The notes under the pieces are model-generated. The model was not told the DNA's origin. It made no database searches and worked only from the letters and a program-made list of their open reading frames with translations. A stretch of 64,000 nt of DNA, from positions 576,001-640,000 of the forward strand of contig CAWIKF010000002.1 in the NCBI GenBank assembly GCA_963836755.1. The letters run 5' to 3'. Both the position numbers and the translations under genes were made by a program. Each line of letters begins with the position of its first letter. Position 1 is the stretch's first letter. Of the stretch, positions 49,020 through 59,648 are shown piece after piece. This DNA is from an uncultured Verrucomicrobiae bacterium. GTDB taxonomy: Bacteria > Verrucomicrobiota > Verrucomicrobiia > Chthoniobacterales > Chthoniobacteraceae.

Positions 49020-49295
49020 CTAGTGGTTTTTGCTGCCGTCGGTGGCGCAGCCGCCTTTTCCTTTGCAGGAATTTTTCCCTTTGCAGCCGTTGTCTCCGGA
49101 CTTGCAACCGCCCTGGCCTTTGCAGGCGTTCGCGCCTTTGCACGAATGTTTGTCGCTGCTGTCGGCCATCGTCTGGAGCGATGTGCCGGCTTTGACGATG
49201 GGACTGGATGTGGTGGATGCCTGCGCGCTCGTGGCGGCCGCTCCGCTCATCAAACCGGCGATTGCTGCGCCGGCGATTAGTGCTTTTGATTTCAT
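49020..49295 (-). CDS. Cys-rich exported RiPP precursor (bufferin BufA2-like)
   Basis: Signal peptide, then HSCKGANACKGQGGC...NGCKGKNSCKGKGGC (two CKGxNxCKGxGGC repeats, 6 Cys). Confidence 0.88.
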   Translation of the reverse strand: MKSKALIAGAAIAGLMSGAAATSAQASTTSSPIVKAGTSLQTMADSSDKHSCKGANACKGQGGCKSGDNGCKGKNSCKGKGGCATDGSKNH

Positions 49296-49632
49296 GTTTT
49301 TGCTTCTTTCTTTTTGTTTCTGCTTTGTCGCTCCGATGCCGCTCCGACACACATCGAAGACAGATTGGAACGAATGTTTCCTATGCCGTTAAAGGCCGTT
49401 GGTCACTTCCATTATGCGCGAAGTGGTTGAATCCAGATGCGTATTTTCGCGGCTCCGCGGTTGTGCGATGGACGGGCGCCAGCGCGATGTTTGGGGAATG
49501 GCGTAAAAGTTTTCGCGCGAACGGCGTCAGCGAGCTCTGGCATCAAGGTTCTCGCGCTCGAACAAAATTCTCTGCGGCCGAGAACCTTGATTTTAGCTTG
49601 GCCGCAGGGCGCGGCCACTGTTTCATCGCGCG

Positions 49633-50721
49633 ATGTCGAGCCAATTCGGGCAGCTTTTTCGCATTGCCACCTGGGGTGAATCGCATGGCGGCGGTGTCGG
49701 CGTCGTGATCGATGGCTGCCCGCCGCAGATCGAGATTTCGCAGGAGGACATTCAGCGTGATCTCGACCGTCGCAGGCCCGGGCAAAGCGAAATCGTGACG
49801 CCGCGCGCGGAGGAAGATCGGTGTGAAATTTTGTCCGGCGTTTTTGAGGGACGCACGCTCGGGACGCCGATCGCGATGCTCGTGCGCAACAAAGATGCGC
49901 GGCCGGAGGCTTACACGGAGATGCAGACGATGTATCGGCCGTCGCACGCGGACTTCACCTATGACGCAAAATTCGGCATCCGCGATTGGCGTGGCGGCGG
50001 ACGCGCATCGGCGCGGGAAACGATCGGGCGCGTGGCGGCGGCAGCGGTGGCGAAGCAAGTGCTCAAGACGCTCGCGCCGAAGCTGGAAATCGTCGCGTTT
50101 GTAAAATCGATCCATGAGTTGACGGCCGAGGTGGACGTCGAGCGTGTCACTTTCGAGCAGGTGGAGAGCAACATCGTCCGCTGCCCGGACGAAAACATCG
50201 TCGGCCGGATGATTGACTTGATTAAAACGATGCGCAGCAGCGGCGATTCGGTGGGTGGCGTGATCGAGTGCGTGGTGCGTGGCGCACCGCCTGCTTTAGG
50301 AGAACCTGTGTTTGACAAACTCGAAGCTGATTTAGCGAAAGCGATGATGAGCCTGCCGGCGACGAAGGGCTTTGAAATCGGCAGCGGCTTTGCCGGGACG
50401 CGGCTGACCGGCTCGCAGCATAACGACCCGTTTGTCATGCGCGAAGGCGCGGTGCACACGGCGGCGAACCGCTCCGGCGGCGTGCAGGGCGGCATCAGCA
50501 ACGGCGAGCCGATTTTTTTCCGCATCGCATTTAAACCGACCGCGACGATCGCGCACAAGCAGCAGACCGTGACGACGGCGGGCGATGAAGTGGAACTTTC
50601 CGCGCGCGGGCGTCACGACCCGTGCGTGCTGCCGCGCGCCGTGCCGATGGTCGAGGCGATGGCTGCGCTGGTTTTGTGCGACCACGCGTTGCGCCAGCGC
50701 GCGCTATGTGGAAAAGTATGA
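49633..50721 (+). CDS. aroC: Chorismate synthase
   Basis: [47 protein letters not shown]. Confidence 0.98.
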   Translation: MSSQFGQLFRIATWGESHGGGVGVVIDGCPPQIEISQEDIQRDLDRRRPGQSEIVTPRAEEDRCEILSGVFEGRTLGTPIAMLVRNKDARPEAYTEMQTMYRPSHADFTYDAKFGIRDWRGGGRASARETIGRVAAAAVAKQVLKTLAPKLEIVAFVKSIHELTAEVDVERVTFEQVESNIVRCPDENIVGRMIDLIKTMRSSGDSVGGVIECVVRGAPPALGEPVFDKLEADLAKAMMSLPATKGFEIGSGFAGTRLTGSQHNDPFVMREGAVHTAANRSGGVQGGISNGEPIFFRIAFKPTATIAHKQQTVTTAGDEVELSARGRHDPCVLPRAVPMVEAMAALVLCDHALRQRALCGKV

Positions 50722-50727
50722 GTCGGC

Positions 50728-51576
50728 ATGTCTGACGAAGCCGATAGCTGGCAGGCGATTTTTTTTGCTTCCGCGGCGATTTTCATCGCCTATCAAATGT
50801 TCCGCGGCTGGCGGCTCGGAGTCGTGCGGCAGCTCGTCAATCTTTTCGCCTTGATCCTCGCCTACGGCGTCGCGATTTTCGGCGGCACATCGGTCGTGCC
50901 GGTGCTCCGGCCGCTCGGGTATCCTGACTTCATCGTCTCGCTCGTCGCCGGCTCAATCATGGCGTCGCTCGTGTTTGCCTCGATTTCATTTTTGGGGCGC
51001 ATTTTGTTTCGCCGGACCAATCAGCAAGGGCTTGGCCTGCTGCGACTCGGCTACGGCGTCGGCGGTTCGTTCATCGGGATGGTCTTTGGATTTTTAACGG
51101 TCTGGTTGGTAGTCCTCGCGATCCGTTTGCTCGGGACGGTCGCCGCCACGGAAGCGAGCGCTGCGGAACCGGCCGTGCACAAGTTGCGCGCGCGCACACC
51201 CGCCGAGGCGTTCAGCGACAGCATCGTGCACATGAAAAGTTCGCTCGAGCAAGGAACCGCCGGCGAGATTGTGCAACGGATCGATCCGCTCCCCGCCAAG
51301 GTTTACAAGGTCGCGCAAAAAGTCGGCCTCGTGGCGTCAAACGCGGATAAGATGCAGCGTTTTCTCAGCTATCCGGGCGCGCGCGAGCTGGCACTGCATC
51401 CGCGCATCGTGGCGCTGCAACGCGACCCGGCAGTCACGCGCGAAGTCGCGTCGCGGAACTATCTCGGGCTGATGAAAAATGAAAGCGTCGTGCGCGCTTT
51501 AGACGATCCCGAAGTGACCAAGCTTGTGCGGAATTTCGAGCTGGAAAAGGCGCTCGATTACGCCTTGCAGCAGTAG
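50728..51576 (+). CDS. CvpA-like membrane protein with soluble C-terminal domain
   Basis: RGWRLGVVRQL followed by TM helices; 6 nt after aroC. Confidence 0.6.
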   Translation: MSDEADSWQAIFFASAAIFIAYQMFRGWRLGVVRQLVNLFALILAYGVAIFGGTSVVPVLRPLGYPDFIVSLVAGSIMASLVFASISFLGRILFRRTNQQGLGLLRLGYGVGGSFIGMVFGFLTVWLVVLAIRLLGTVAATEASAAEPAVHKLRARTPAEAFSDSIVHMKSSLEQGTAGEIVQRIDPLPAKVYKVAQKVGLVASNADKMQRFLSYPGARELALHPRIVALQRDPAVTREVASRNYLGLMKNESVVRALDDPEVTKLVRNFELEKALDYALQQ

Positions 51577-51579
51577 CTG

Positions 51580-53166
51580 CTATTCTTTCTGCTCCTCAAA
51601 AGCGGGCGAGTCGGTGATGACAGCCTTGCGAACTTCACTCGTGATGCCGGCGGGAATTCCCGGCGACGACTGCGGGTGAAAATGATCGATATCCAGGCCG
51701 TCGATGTCGTTAAACATTGCCGCAGGCCGAAGATCAGGCGCCTTGAAATCGACGTGGATGTTTGACAGCTCCAGGTCGCGAACATGCCGCGCGAAAATGC
51801 CATAGGCAGGCAGCGTCCCGATGCTTCCGGGCTCCGGGTAACCGCCGCCAAGTTCCTTCGGGACGATGGCCGCGTCTTCCGCAGTGCCGCCTCCTTTGCT
51901 CGTGAGGCGGATGTTTTGCAGTGTGACGCCGACGATCGGCTGCCCCGGCAGACCCATGATCTGGATGCCGCTCATTTTACTGACGCCATCGGCGATGACG
52001 TTTGAGATCAAAATATTTCGCATCCGGCTGGGCTTTGTCGTGTCCGGCGAGCGGTTCCGTTTGCCGAGCGTCAGGTAAATCGCGTAGTCGCCCACGTTGG
52101 TCATCGTGAGATTGGTGACGGTGATATTTTCCAAAATGCCGCCATCCACTTCCTCGAGCGCGAAGCCTTTGCAATTGCGAAAACTGCAATTTGAAATCGC
52201 GCAATTGCGGAAGCCGCCGGTCGCCTCGGTGCCGAATTTGATGCGCCCGTAGCCGCTGCCTTTCATCGTCCCATCGAGCAGCGTTCCTTCCTTGAAACCG
52301 GAGACCTGGCAGTTTGCGATCAGCAAATTTTCGGTGAGACGGACTTCGCCGAGTGCATAAGTGCTTTTCGGGCAAATGCCATCGTCGCCGGGTGAATTCA
52401 CGCGGCAGTTGGAGACGGTCGTGTTGCGGCAGCAATCGAGATCCATGCCGTCGCGATTCGTGTCAATGGTGACATTTTCGATCGTCACATCGTCGCAGCC
52501 GGTGAAAAGAATCGCGAAGTGTCCGCCGTGAAAAATCGTGACGTCGCGCACGACTACGTTGCGGCAAAGTTTTAACGCGAGCGCCTTGTTGCCGAGCCGG
52601 ACGGGCGGGGCGGGCGTGGTCAGCGGCGGATTGATGTTGTTAAAGCTGACCATCGCATCGAGCGAGCCATCGGAGCTGACGAGACCGCCGCCGTTGATCA
52701 TGCCGTGGCCGGTGATGGAAACATTCGTCAAGTTTTCACCCCAGATGAGGCTGTTGTGGAAATAGCAATGGCCGCCGTCCTGAAAACCGCCGAAGCGATA
52801 CGGCTCGGTCTCATCGTAAGCGTTCATGCTCTGCGGCGCGCCGATGATGGTCGCGCCGGCATCGATGAGCAAATGGATGTTGCTCTGCAGATGAATCGAG
52901 CCGCACAAATAATTGCCGGCCGGAACGATCACCGTCCCGCCGCCGGCCTTTGCAGCCGCGTCGATCGCGCGGTCGATCGCAGCGTTGTCCAAAGTTTTTC
53001 CGTCACCGACTGCGCCGAATTTCCGGACGTTAAAAAACACGGCGGCATCCGTTTCGGCCGCGCAAACTTTTTCGGCGAAGCCGGAGAAAATAAACAGCGC
53101 CGCGAGCGGCAAAATGCATTTCGCGCGGAGCAAAATCTGGAGAGAAAACATGCTTGCCTTTCGCAA
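51580..53166 (-). CDS. GH28 / pectin-lyase-fold glycoside hydrolase, secreted
   Basis: FGAVGDGKT, PAGNYL, TNRDGMD, GDDGICPK, RIKFGTE. Confidence 0.9.
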   Translation of the reverse strand: MRKASMFSLQILLRAKCILPLAALFIFSGFAEKVCAAETDAAVFFNVRKFGAVGDGKTLDNAAIDRAIDAAAKAGGGTVIVPAGNYLCGSIHLQSNIHLLIDAGATIIGAPQSMNAYDETEPYRFGGFQDGGHCYFHNSLIWGENLTNVSITGHGMINGGGLVSSDGSLDAMVSFNNINPPLTTPAPPVRLGNKALALKLCRNVVVRDVTIFHGGHFAILFTGCDDVTIENVTIDTNRDGMDLDCCRNTTVSNCRVNSPGDDGICPKSTYALGEVRLTENLLIANCQVSGFKEGTLLDGTMKGSGYGRIKFGTEATGGFRNCAISNCSFRNCKGFALEEVDGGILENITVTNLTMTNVGDYAIYLTLGKRNRSPDTTKPSRMRNILISNVIADGVSKMSGIQIMGLPGQPIVGVTLQNIRLTSKGGGTAEDAAIVPKELGGGYPEPGSIGTLPAYGIFARHVRDLELSNIHVDFKAPDLRPAAMFNDIDGLDIDHFHPQSSPGIPAGITSEVRKAVITDSPAFEEQKE

Positions 53167-53898
53167 CTACTTTTTGCTTTCCGCCAAAAGTTTGTTGAGG
53201 AGCGGGTCCATCGCGTCGGCCCAAATTTTGTAACCGGCTGCGTCGGGATGGAGACGATCTTGGCTCAGCCCTTTCCAGTTCGTGTCGCTTTTGCCATCGG
53301 CGGTTGTCGTGTTGACGGCCGGCATCAACGGCACCAGATCGAGCCAGAAAACTTTTTTGTCATCGGCATATTTTTTAATGATTTCGTTCGTCGCCATCAT
53401 CGTATCCTGCGCGCGCTGGTTCGGCATGATGCTGACCAGAATGATCTTCGCCTCGGGAAAAATTTCCTCCGTCTTATCGAGCACCGCTTTGACGCCCGCG
53501 GCAATTTCCGGCGGCGTGTTCATGCGGTTGTTGGTGCCGATCATGATGACCGCGACCTTTGGCTTGAGGTCTTTGATGTCCTGATGGTCGAGCCGCCAGA
53601 GCACGTTTTGTGTTTTGTCGCCGCCGACTCCGAAATCGAGCGCATTGCGCGACGCGTAATCTTTTTCCCACAGCTCCTTGCCCGCGCGCACCCAGCCTTC
53701 GGTGATCGAGTCGCCGATGAAAATGATGTCACACGGCTTGCCTTTGATCGCAGCGACGCGAGCTTCGCACGCATCCATCGGACTCGGTTTTTTGACAAAG
53801 CGCGCATTGTCCGGCGTGGTGGTGCTGCCGGTCGTTTGCGCGTTTGCGGAGGCGAGAGAAAGAAGAACGGAGGCGAAAAGGGGAACGAGGAATTTCAT
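53167..53898 (-). CDS. SGNH/GDSL esterase, secreted
   Basis: FIGDSIT, GVGGD, IGTNN, DRLHP; signal peptide. Confidence 0.9.
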   Translation of the reverse strand: MKFLVPLFASVLLSLASANAQTTGSTTTPDNARFVKKPSPMDACEARVAAIKGKPCDIIFIGDSITEGWVRAGKELWEKDYASRNALDFGVGGDKTQNVLWRLDHQDIKDLKPKVAVIMIGTNNRMNTPPEIAAGVKAVLDKTEEIFPEAKIILVSIMPNQRAQDTMMATNEIIKKYADDKKVFWLDLVPLMPAVNTTTADGKSDTNWKGLSQDRLHPDAAGYKIWADAMDPLLNKLLAESKK

Positions 53899-54034
53899 GC
53901 GCGACTTATCCGCCGGGATGCCGGATGTTGGCAACCAATATTCGTGTTTTTGAAAAGCGATCGTTGCTTGATTGAGAGCAAAGTTAAATCGTAAAAAAAC
54001 GCGCATCCCGCCATTCATCACCTTTGAAAATTCC

Positions 54035-54349
54035 ATGATCCGAAAAGCATTCATCATGTCCGTCAACGCCGGCAGCGAAGAAGAATATGAGCGCCGGCAC
54101 AACCCGATCTGGCCCGAGCTCGAGCAGACTTTGAAGGAGCACGGCGCGCACAATTACACGATCTTTCTCGACGCTGAAACGCGGCAGCTTTTTGGCGTCG
54201 TGGAAGTCGAAGACGAGCAGCGCTGGAACGCGATCGCGCAGACGCCGATCTGCCGGAAATGGTGGGCGCACATGCAGGAGATCATGCCGTCAAACCCTGA
54301 TCACAGCCCGATCGCGAGGGAATTGCGCGAAGTTTTTCATCTCGCCTGA
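54035..54349 (+). CDS. rhaM: L-rhamnose mutarotase
   Basis: [39 protein letters not shown]. Confidence 0.95.
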   Translation: MIRKAFIMSVNAGSEEEYERRHNPIWPELEQTLKEHGAHNYTIFLDAETRQLFGVVEVEDEQRWNAIAQTPICRKWWAHMQEIMPSNPDHSPIARELREVFHLA

Positions 54350-54397
54350 CGAATCGCGCGTGCGACTGCATGCGCCGCGCGCGGCGAGTTTTTCTTG

Positions 54398-55639
54398 ATG
54401 ACAAAGTTTGCATTGTTCGGCATCGGCGGCATCGGCGCGTATCATCTCGCTGCGATCGAGCGGCAGGAAAAAGCCGGGCGCGCGCAACTCGTTGCCGTGG
54501 CCGATCCGACGGCCGATCGATTGCCCGCGCAAAAGGCCGCGCTCGAATCGCGCGGAGTCCGCTGGCACATGGACTATCGCGATCTGCTGCGCGAGGAGTC
54601 GCAGCTCGATGCGGTGGTGATTGCGACGCCGATTCCGTTTCATTTTGAGATGGCGCAGGCATGTCTGGAGCGCGGCGTTTTTGTGAACCTGGAAAAGCCG
54701 CCGGTGCCATTGCTCGCGCAGCTTCGGACTTTGATCGCACACGATGGATCGGAGCGCGTGAGCGTCGGTTTTCAAATGATCGGCTCGCGCTGCGTGCAGG
54801 CTTTGAAGGATCTGATTTGCGCGGGAAAAATCGGCGAGGTGCGCGAGATTTTTGCCGGCGGTTGCTGGCCGCGGCTCGGCAATTATTACAGCCGCGCGCG
54901 GTGGGCCGGAAAGATGGCACTCGATGGCCGGCCGATCCTCGACGGGCCCGCGACGAATGCGCTCGCGCATTTGATCCACGACATCATGTTTCTCGCGGCG
55001 GAGGGTCGCGAAGATTTTGCCGTGCCGGTGGAAGTGGCAGGAGAATTGTATCGCGCGCGGCCGATCGAAAGTTACGACATCGCCTGCATGCGCGGGCGGT
55101 TTTCGTCGGGAACAAAGTTCAGCCTCGCGGTCACGCACGCGACGCAGCAAGCCCTTCCTTTTCAAATGGAAATCCGCGCGAGCAACGGCTGGGCACGGCT
55201 CTCAAACGACGGCGCCCTCCTCGAGACGAGCTGCGGAATCGAGATGAGCGAACCTGAGACGACGCAGCAACTTCTTCATCACGATTACGATCATCTGCTC
55301 GATGTGATTGAGGGACGCAGCGAACGTTTTCGCACTCGTTTGCGCGACACGGAAGGTTTTGTCAGCGCGACGAATGGGATGTTTGTTTCCTCCGGCGGAA
55401 TTCATGAAATCGATCCCGCAGCGATCCGGTGCTACGCCGGCGAAGAGGGCGAGGGATTTGACGTCGCGCACTTGCACGAGGCTGTGCTGGAGACGTTGCG
55501 AAGCGGGAAATTGTTTTCCGAGCAAGGCTTCGCCTGGGCTGTGGCCGCGCCGAAAAATGTCGCGCTCGATCCGGTGGAATTGACGCGGCAAATGGAAAAA
55601 TTCGACACGACAAATCGCGACGCGCAGAGTGTGCCCTAA
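54398..55639 (+). CDS. Gfo/Idh/MocA family oxidoreductase
   Basis: GIGGIG, IATPIPFH, LEKPP, NALAH. Confidence 0.88.
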   Translation: MTKFALFGIGGIGAYHLAAIERQEKAGRAQLVAVADPTADRLPAQKAALESRGVRWHMDYRDLLREESQLDAVVIATPIPFHFEMAQACLERGVFVNLEKPPVPLLAQLRTLIAHDGSERVSVGFQMIGSRCVQALKDLICAGKIGEVREIFAGGCWPRLGNYYSRARWAGKMALDGRPILDGPATNALAHLIHDIMFLAAEGREDFAVPVEVAGELYRARPIESYDIACMRGRFSSGTKFSLAVTHATQQALPFQMEIRASNGWARLSNDGALLETSCGIEMSEPETTQQLLHHDYDHLLDVIEGRSERFRTRLRDTEGFVSATNGMFVSSGGIHEIDPAAIRCYAGEEGEGFDVAHLHEAVLETLRSGKLFSEQGFAWAVAAPKNVALDPVELTRQMEKFDTTNRDAQSVP

Positions 55640-55807
55640 AATTTGAAACGCGCTTTTTTGTGGCGGCCGTCGATTCAGGCTTGCCCGGGAGTCGTTCGCC
55701 GAATCTGCCGGGCACCGAAGCCGGAAACGTCAGTATTTCGCGACAGGCTAAATTTTCTTGGCTGCGAAAAATTTGACCCTTACCGCTGTTAAACTCCCCG
55801 TAAATAA

Positions 55808-56995
55808 GTGCAGAAAGTCATCGAAACCGCTTATACACGACCGAAAGGGTCGCGTGCCATCCACCGTCACGTGCTGCTGTTGCAAGCCTGGTGGGAGGAG
55901 CGGCTCCATCGCGGCGTCGGGATCTATGCGGCGCAACACGGCTGGGTCCTCGATAGCTCGATGCGCGCGCACCATCGGCTGCCGCCCGAGCCGTGGGTCG
56001 GCGACGGAATCATCGCGCATTGCGGCAAATCGCGGCTCGATTCGGACATCGTCGACTTTGCGCTTCGGAGCAGACTTCCAGTGGTCGAGACGCAGATCAC
56101 GGAATGGCTGCCGGGTGCCGGGCGGGTCACACTTTGTCATTCAAAAATCGGCCAGATGGGCGCCGAGCATTTGCTTTCGCTCAATTTCCGCGACCTCGGT
56201 TTCGTCAGCTTTGAGGATAACGCGCTCGAGCTTGCGCGCAGGAAAGCTTTCCGCGAAGCGGCCGAAGCGGCGGGCGCGCGGTTCCATTATTTGAACTACG
56301 CGAATCTGGTTTCGCAGCTTGCTTCACTGCCGCGGCCGATGGCGCTGATGGCCTCGAACGACGCCAATGCCGTCAATGTTCTCCTCGCGCTCAGCGACGC
56401 CGGACGGCGCGTGCCGGAGGAATATGCGATCCTCGGCGCTGACGATGCGGAGATTGTCTGCGACCTCGCGCTGGTTCCGCTGAGCAGCGTGAACTGCAAT
56501 TACGAGCAGCAGGGATACGAGGCGGCGGCGCTGCTCGACAAGATGATGAATGGCGAAGCGGCGCCGCGGGAAGCGATCATCATCAACCCGGCGGGCATCA
56601 CGGTGCGGCGGTCGACGGATGCGATTGCGTTGAGCGATGTCGACAGCGCGCGCTTCCTCCGTTACCTGCGCGACAATTATCTTGAGCACGAAACGTTGAG
56701 CTCGATGGCGCACAAAATCGGCGTGTCGCTGCGCAAGGTGCAAATGATTTTTCGCAAGGAACTTGGCCACGGTCTGCTGGACGAGCTGATCCGGCTGCGG
56801 GTGGAGCATTCAAAAAAATTGCTCACCGATTCCGAGATGAAGATCGAGACGGTGGCCACTGAAAGTGGATTCACCAGCAGGTTTCACTTCATTCGCGCGT
56901 TCAACCGCGTCACCGGCATGACGCCGAAGCGGTATCGGCTAAACGCGAAGGAAGCGGCTCAGGACAGCGTCCGGAGCCCTGCGATGAAGCTGTAA
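55808..56995 (+). CDS. XylR-type regulator (LacI-like sensor plus AraC HTH)
   Basis: DGIIAH, ASNDANA, VPEEYAILGAD, LSSV; C-terminal SGFTSRFHFIRAF..GMTPKRYR. Confidence 0.88.
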   Translation: MQKVIETAYTRPKGSRAIHRHVLLLQAWWEERLHRGVGIYAAQHGWVLDSSMRAHHRLPPEPWVGDGIIAHCGKSRLDSDIVDFALRSRLPVVETQITEWLPGAGRVTLCHSKIGQMGAEHLLSLNFRDLGFVSFEDNALELARRKAFREAAEAAGARFHYLNYANLVSQLASLPRPMALMASNDANAVNVLLALSDAGRRVPEEYAILGADDAEIVCDLALVPLSSVNCNYEQQGYEAAALLDKMMNGEAAPREAIIINPAGITVRRSTDAIALSDVDSARFLRYLRDNYLEHETLSSMAHKIGVSLRKVQMIFRKELGHGLLDELIRLRVEHSKKLLTDSEMKIETVATESGFTSRFHFIRAFNRVTGMTPKRYRLNAKEAAQDSVRSPAMKL

Positions 56996-59310
56996 CTTTG
57001 ACCCGCTTTCATGGGTAAAACACGGACCGTCTCGCCGAGGCGCACCTGACATTCGCCATCGCGATCCGCGCGGATCGTGGCTTTGGACAATTGTCCGCCT
57101 TCCCAGCTGATCGCGACTTCGTAGCCGCCGCGCGCGCGCAGGCCGCTGATTTCGCCCATCGGCCACGCGGCGGGCAGCGCGGGCAGCAGCTCGATCTCGC
57201 CGTTCTGCGACTGCAAAAGCATCTCGGCAATGCCGGCCACGCCGCCAAAGTTGCCGTCGATCTGAAACGGCGGACAGGTGTCGAAAAGGTTCGGCAGCGT
57301 GCTGCCCGCGAGCAATTCCGCGAGCATCTTGTGCGCATGGTCGCCGTCGCCGAGGCGCGCCCAAAAACAAATCTTCCACGCCTTGCTCCAGCCCGTGCCG
57401 CCGTCGCCGCGCAGCTCCAGCGTCCGCTTTGCCGCCGCCGCGAGTTCGGGTGTTCCGCGCCGCGAAATCTGCGCTGCCGGATGCAGCGCAAAGAGATGCG
57501 AGACATGCCGATGGTCTTCCTCCGTTTCCAGAAAATCGTGCTGCCATTCCTGCAACTGCCCGCGCGCGCCGATCTGAAACGGCGGCAACTTTGCCAGCGT
57601 GCTTTCCAGCGTTTCGCGAAAGTCGGCATCGGCTTCGAGAATTGCGGCTGCGCTGATCGTATGGCGAAAAAGTTCGCGGATGATGCTGATGTCCATCGTG
57701 CTGCCGGCGCTGATGCTGGCGATGACGCGCTTTCCGTCCGCGTGGTTGTAAAAAAATGTGTCTTCCGGCGAAGTGCCAATGGGCGTCGTCAGCCGGCCTT
57801 CATCCTCCACCAGCCAGTCGAGGTAAAAAAGCACCGCCTCCTTCACGAGCGGATACGCCGTTTCCAGAAAAGTCCGATCGACGGAAAAGCGGTAGTGCTC
57901 AAAAAGATCGATGCAGAGCCAGCCCGCGCCATTGGGCCAATAAGCGGCCACCGCAGTGTTATCGACGGGCTGCGCCTCCCGCCAAAGCGTCGTGTTGTGA
58001 TGCGCGACCCAGCCGCGGCAGCCATACATCTCCCGCGCGACGCGCCGGCCATCGACCGCCAGCTCGTGCGGCATGCGCAGGTAAGGCTCGGCGCATTCGG
58101 CGAGATTTCCCACCTGCGCCGGCCAGTAATTCATCTCGGCGTTAATGTTCAGCGTGTATTGGCACGCCCACGGCGGAATGATTTCCTCGTTCCAAATCCC
58201 TTGCAGGTTCAGCGGCTGGCCGCCCGCGCGCGACCCGGCGATCATCAGGTAGCGGCCGAATTGGAAATAGAGCGCCGCGAGCGACGGATCGGGAACTTTG
58301 ATCCGCTCGTCCGTCGGCAGATTCGAGCTCTCGCCAAGCGCGATGGTCATTCTGCTGAACAACGGGAGGTAATCCGCTTCGTGCCGCTTCCGGAGTTCGG
58401 CAAAATCAAAGCGTGACGCCGCTTCAAGCGTCGCGAGCGACTTTGCCGCGGAATCTGCTCCTTCGGTCACCGGGTCTTTGTCGAAGCCGTTGAAACTCGA
58501 CGCGGCGGTGTAGATGAGCACCGCCTCATCCGCGCCGGAAATTTCCAGCGCATCGCCGACGGCGGAAATGTTCCCGCCGCTGATTTTCACCTCCACCCGC
58601 GCGTCGAAAAAAACCCCGCGCCCGTTGTAAAGAACCTGCGCGGCGTTTGGCAGCCGCCGCCCATCCTTGTCCCAAACCTCCGGGTATTTCCACGTATCGC
58701 CCTTTTCCTCCACCCAATCGAGAGGGCGGCGCAGCACGAAGCCGGGCACCTGGCCACGCATCGACAGCCGCTCGCCCTCCGCGCGCGTTTCCACCGGATG
58801 CGGCGATGCGAGGCGCACGCGGAAGTTCAGGTTGCCGGGCCCGTTGGCGGAGAGGCGAATCGCGATCAGCTCATCGGGATGGCTGGCAAAAATTTCACGC
58901 GTGAAGGCAACTCCGCCAGCGGTGTAGCGGATGCGGCAGAGGGCGTTGGCGAGATCGAGTTCGCGCTCGTAATTTTCCGCGGCATCCATGGCGTCAAAGT
59001 CGAGGAATAGATCGCCGAGCGGCTGGTAACAGGCCCAGCAGGCGCCCAGCCATTTTTCCTCGACCAGCCGCGACGCCTCGGCGAAATCGCCGCGCGCGAG
59101 CGCCGAGCTGATCGCGGCGCGATCGACGCGGGCATCGAGCGGCAAATCGCGGTAGCCGGGATGGCCGGAGACGAGCGTCGATTCGTTCAATTGCAGGCGC
59201 TCCTGGCTGACGCCGCCAAAGATCATCGCGCCGAGCCGTCCGTTGCCGATCGGGAGCGCCTCGTCCCAGATCGCCGCCGGCTTTTTGAACCAAAGTTTTA
59301 AATCGCTCAT
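56959..59310 (-). CDS. GH95 alpha-L-fucosidase
   Basis: EALPIGNGRLGAM, FQFGRYLMI, NLQGIWN, NINAEMNYW, HRHVSHL, PPFQIDGNFG, GLRARGG. Confidence 0.95.
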   Translation of the reverse strand: MSDLKLWFKKPAAIWDEALPIGNGRLGAMIFGGVSQERLQLNESTLVSGHPGYRDLPLDARVDRAAISSALARGDFAEASRLVEEKWLGACWACYQPLGDLFLDFDAMDAAENYERELDLANALCRIRYTAGGVAFTREIFASHPDELIAIRLSANGPGNLNFRVRLASPHPVETRAEGERLSMRGQVPGFVLRRPLDWVEEKGDTWKYPEVWDKDGRRLPNAAQVLYNGRGVFFDARVEVKISGGNISAVGDALEISGADEAVLIYTAASSFNGFDKDPVTEGADSAAKSLATLEAASRFDFAELRKRHEADYLPLFSRMTIALGESSNLPTDERIKVPDPSLAALYFQFGRYLMIAGSRAGGQPLNLQGIWNEEIIPPWACQYTLNINAEMNYWPAQVGNLAECAEPYLRMPHELAVDGRRVAREMYGCRGWVAHHNTTLWREAQPVDNTAVAAYWPNGAGWLCIDLFEHYRFSVDRTFLETAYPLVKEAVLFYLDWLVEDEGRLTTPIGTSPEDTFFYNHADGKRVIASISAGSTMDISIIRELFRHTISAAAILEADADFRETLESTLAKLPPFQIGARGQLQEWQHDFLETEEDHRHVSHLFALHPAAQISRRGTPELAAAAKRTLELRGDGGTGWSKAWKICFWARLGDGDHAHKMLAELLAGSTLPNLFDTCPPFQIDGNFGGVAGIAEMLLQSQNGEIELLPALPAAWPMGEISGLRARGGYEVAISWEGGQLSKATIRADRDGECQVRLGETVRVLPMKAGQSYSFIAGLRTLS

Positions 59311-59400
59311 GGGAGGAATTCTGCTGCAAGTCGTCTCATTTCGCCGGCTTTTGCGCAACATTTCGATTGGAGTTTGGGAGGCGAACGCCAACCTGCATGC

Positions 59401-59560
59401 ATGCGGAATGGTTCTGGAAGGATGCGGAACGGTTCTGGAAGCACGCGGAACCGTTCCGTATTCATGGGGAGACTCTCCGGAGCGATGCGGAGTTCTCTGG
59501 ACCGGTGCGGCGCCACTCTGGAAAGATACGGAGCCATGCGGGGGGAATGCTTCGCATACT
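59401..59560. repeat. Degenerate 21-bp tandem repeat array (about 8 units)
   Basis: ATGCGGA-like starts at 59401, 59422, 59443, 59464, 59485, 59505, 59526, 59547. Confidence 0.85.
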
Positions 59561-59648
59561 TTCACGCAGGCTACGGAAGGAGGCTTTTTCCACGCGGCGC
59601 GCTCTTTAAACGTTGACAGCCGCGTGAACATTCCTGACTTATCTTTTC

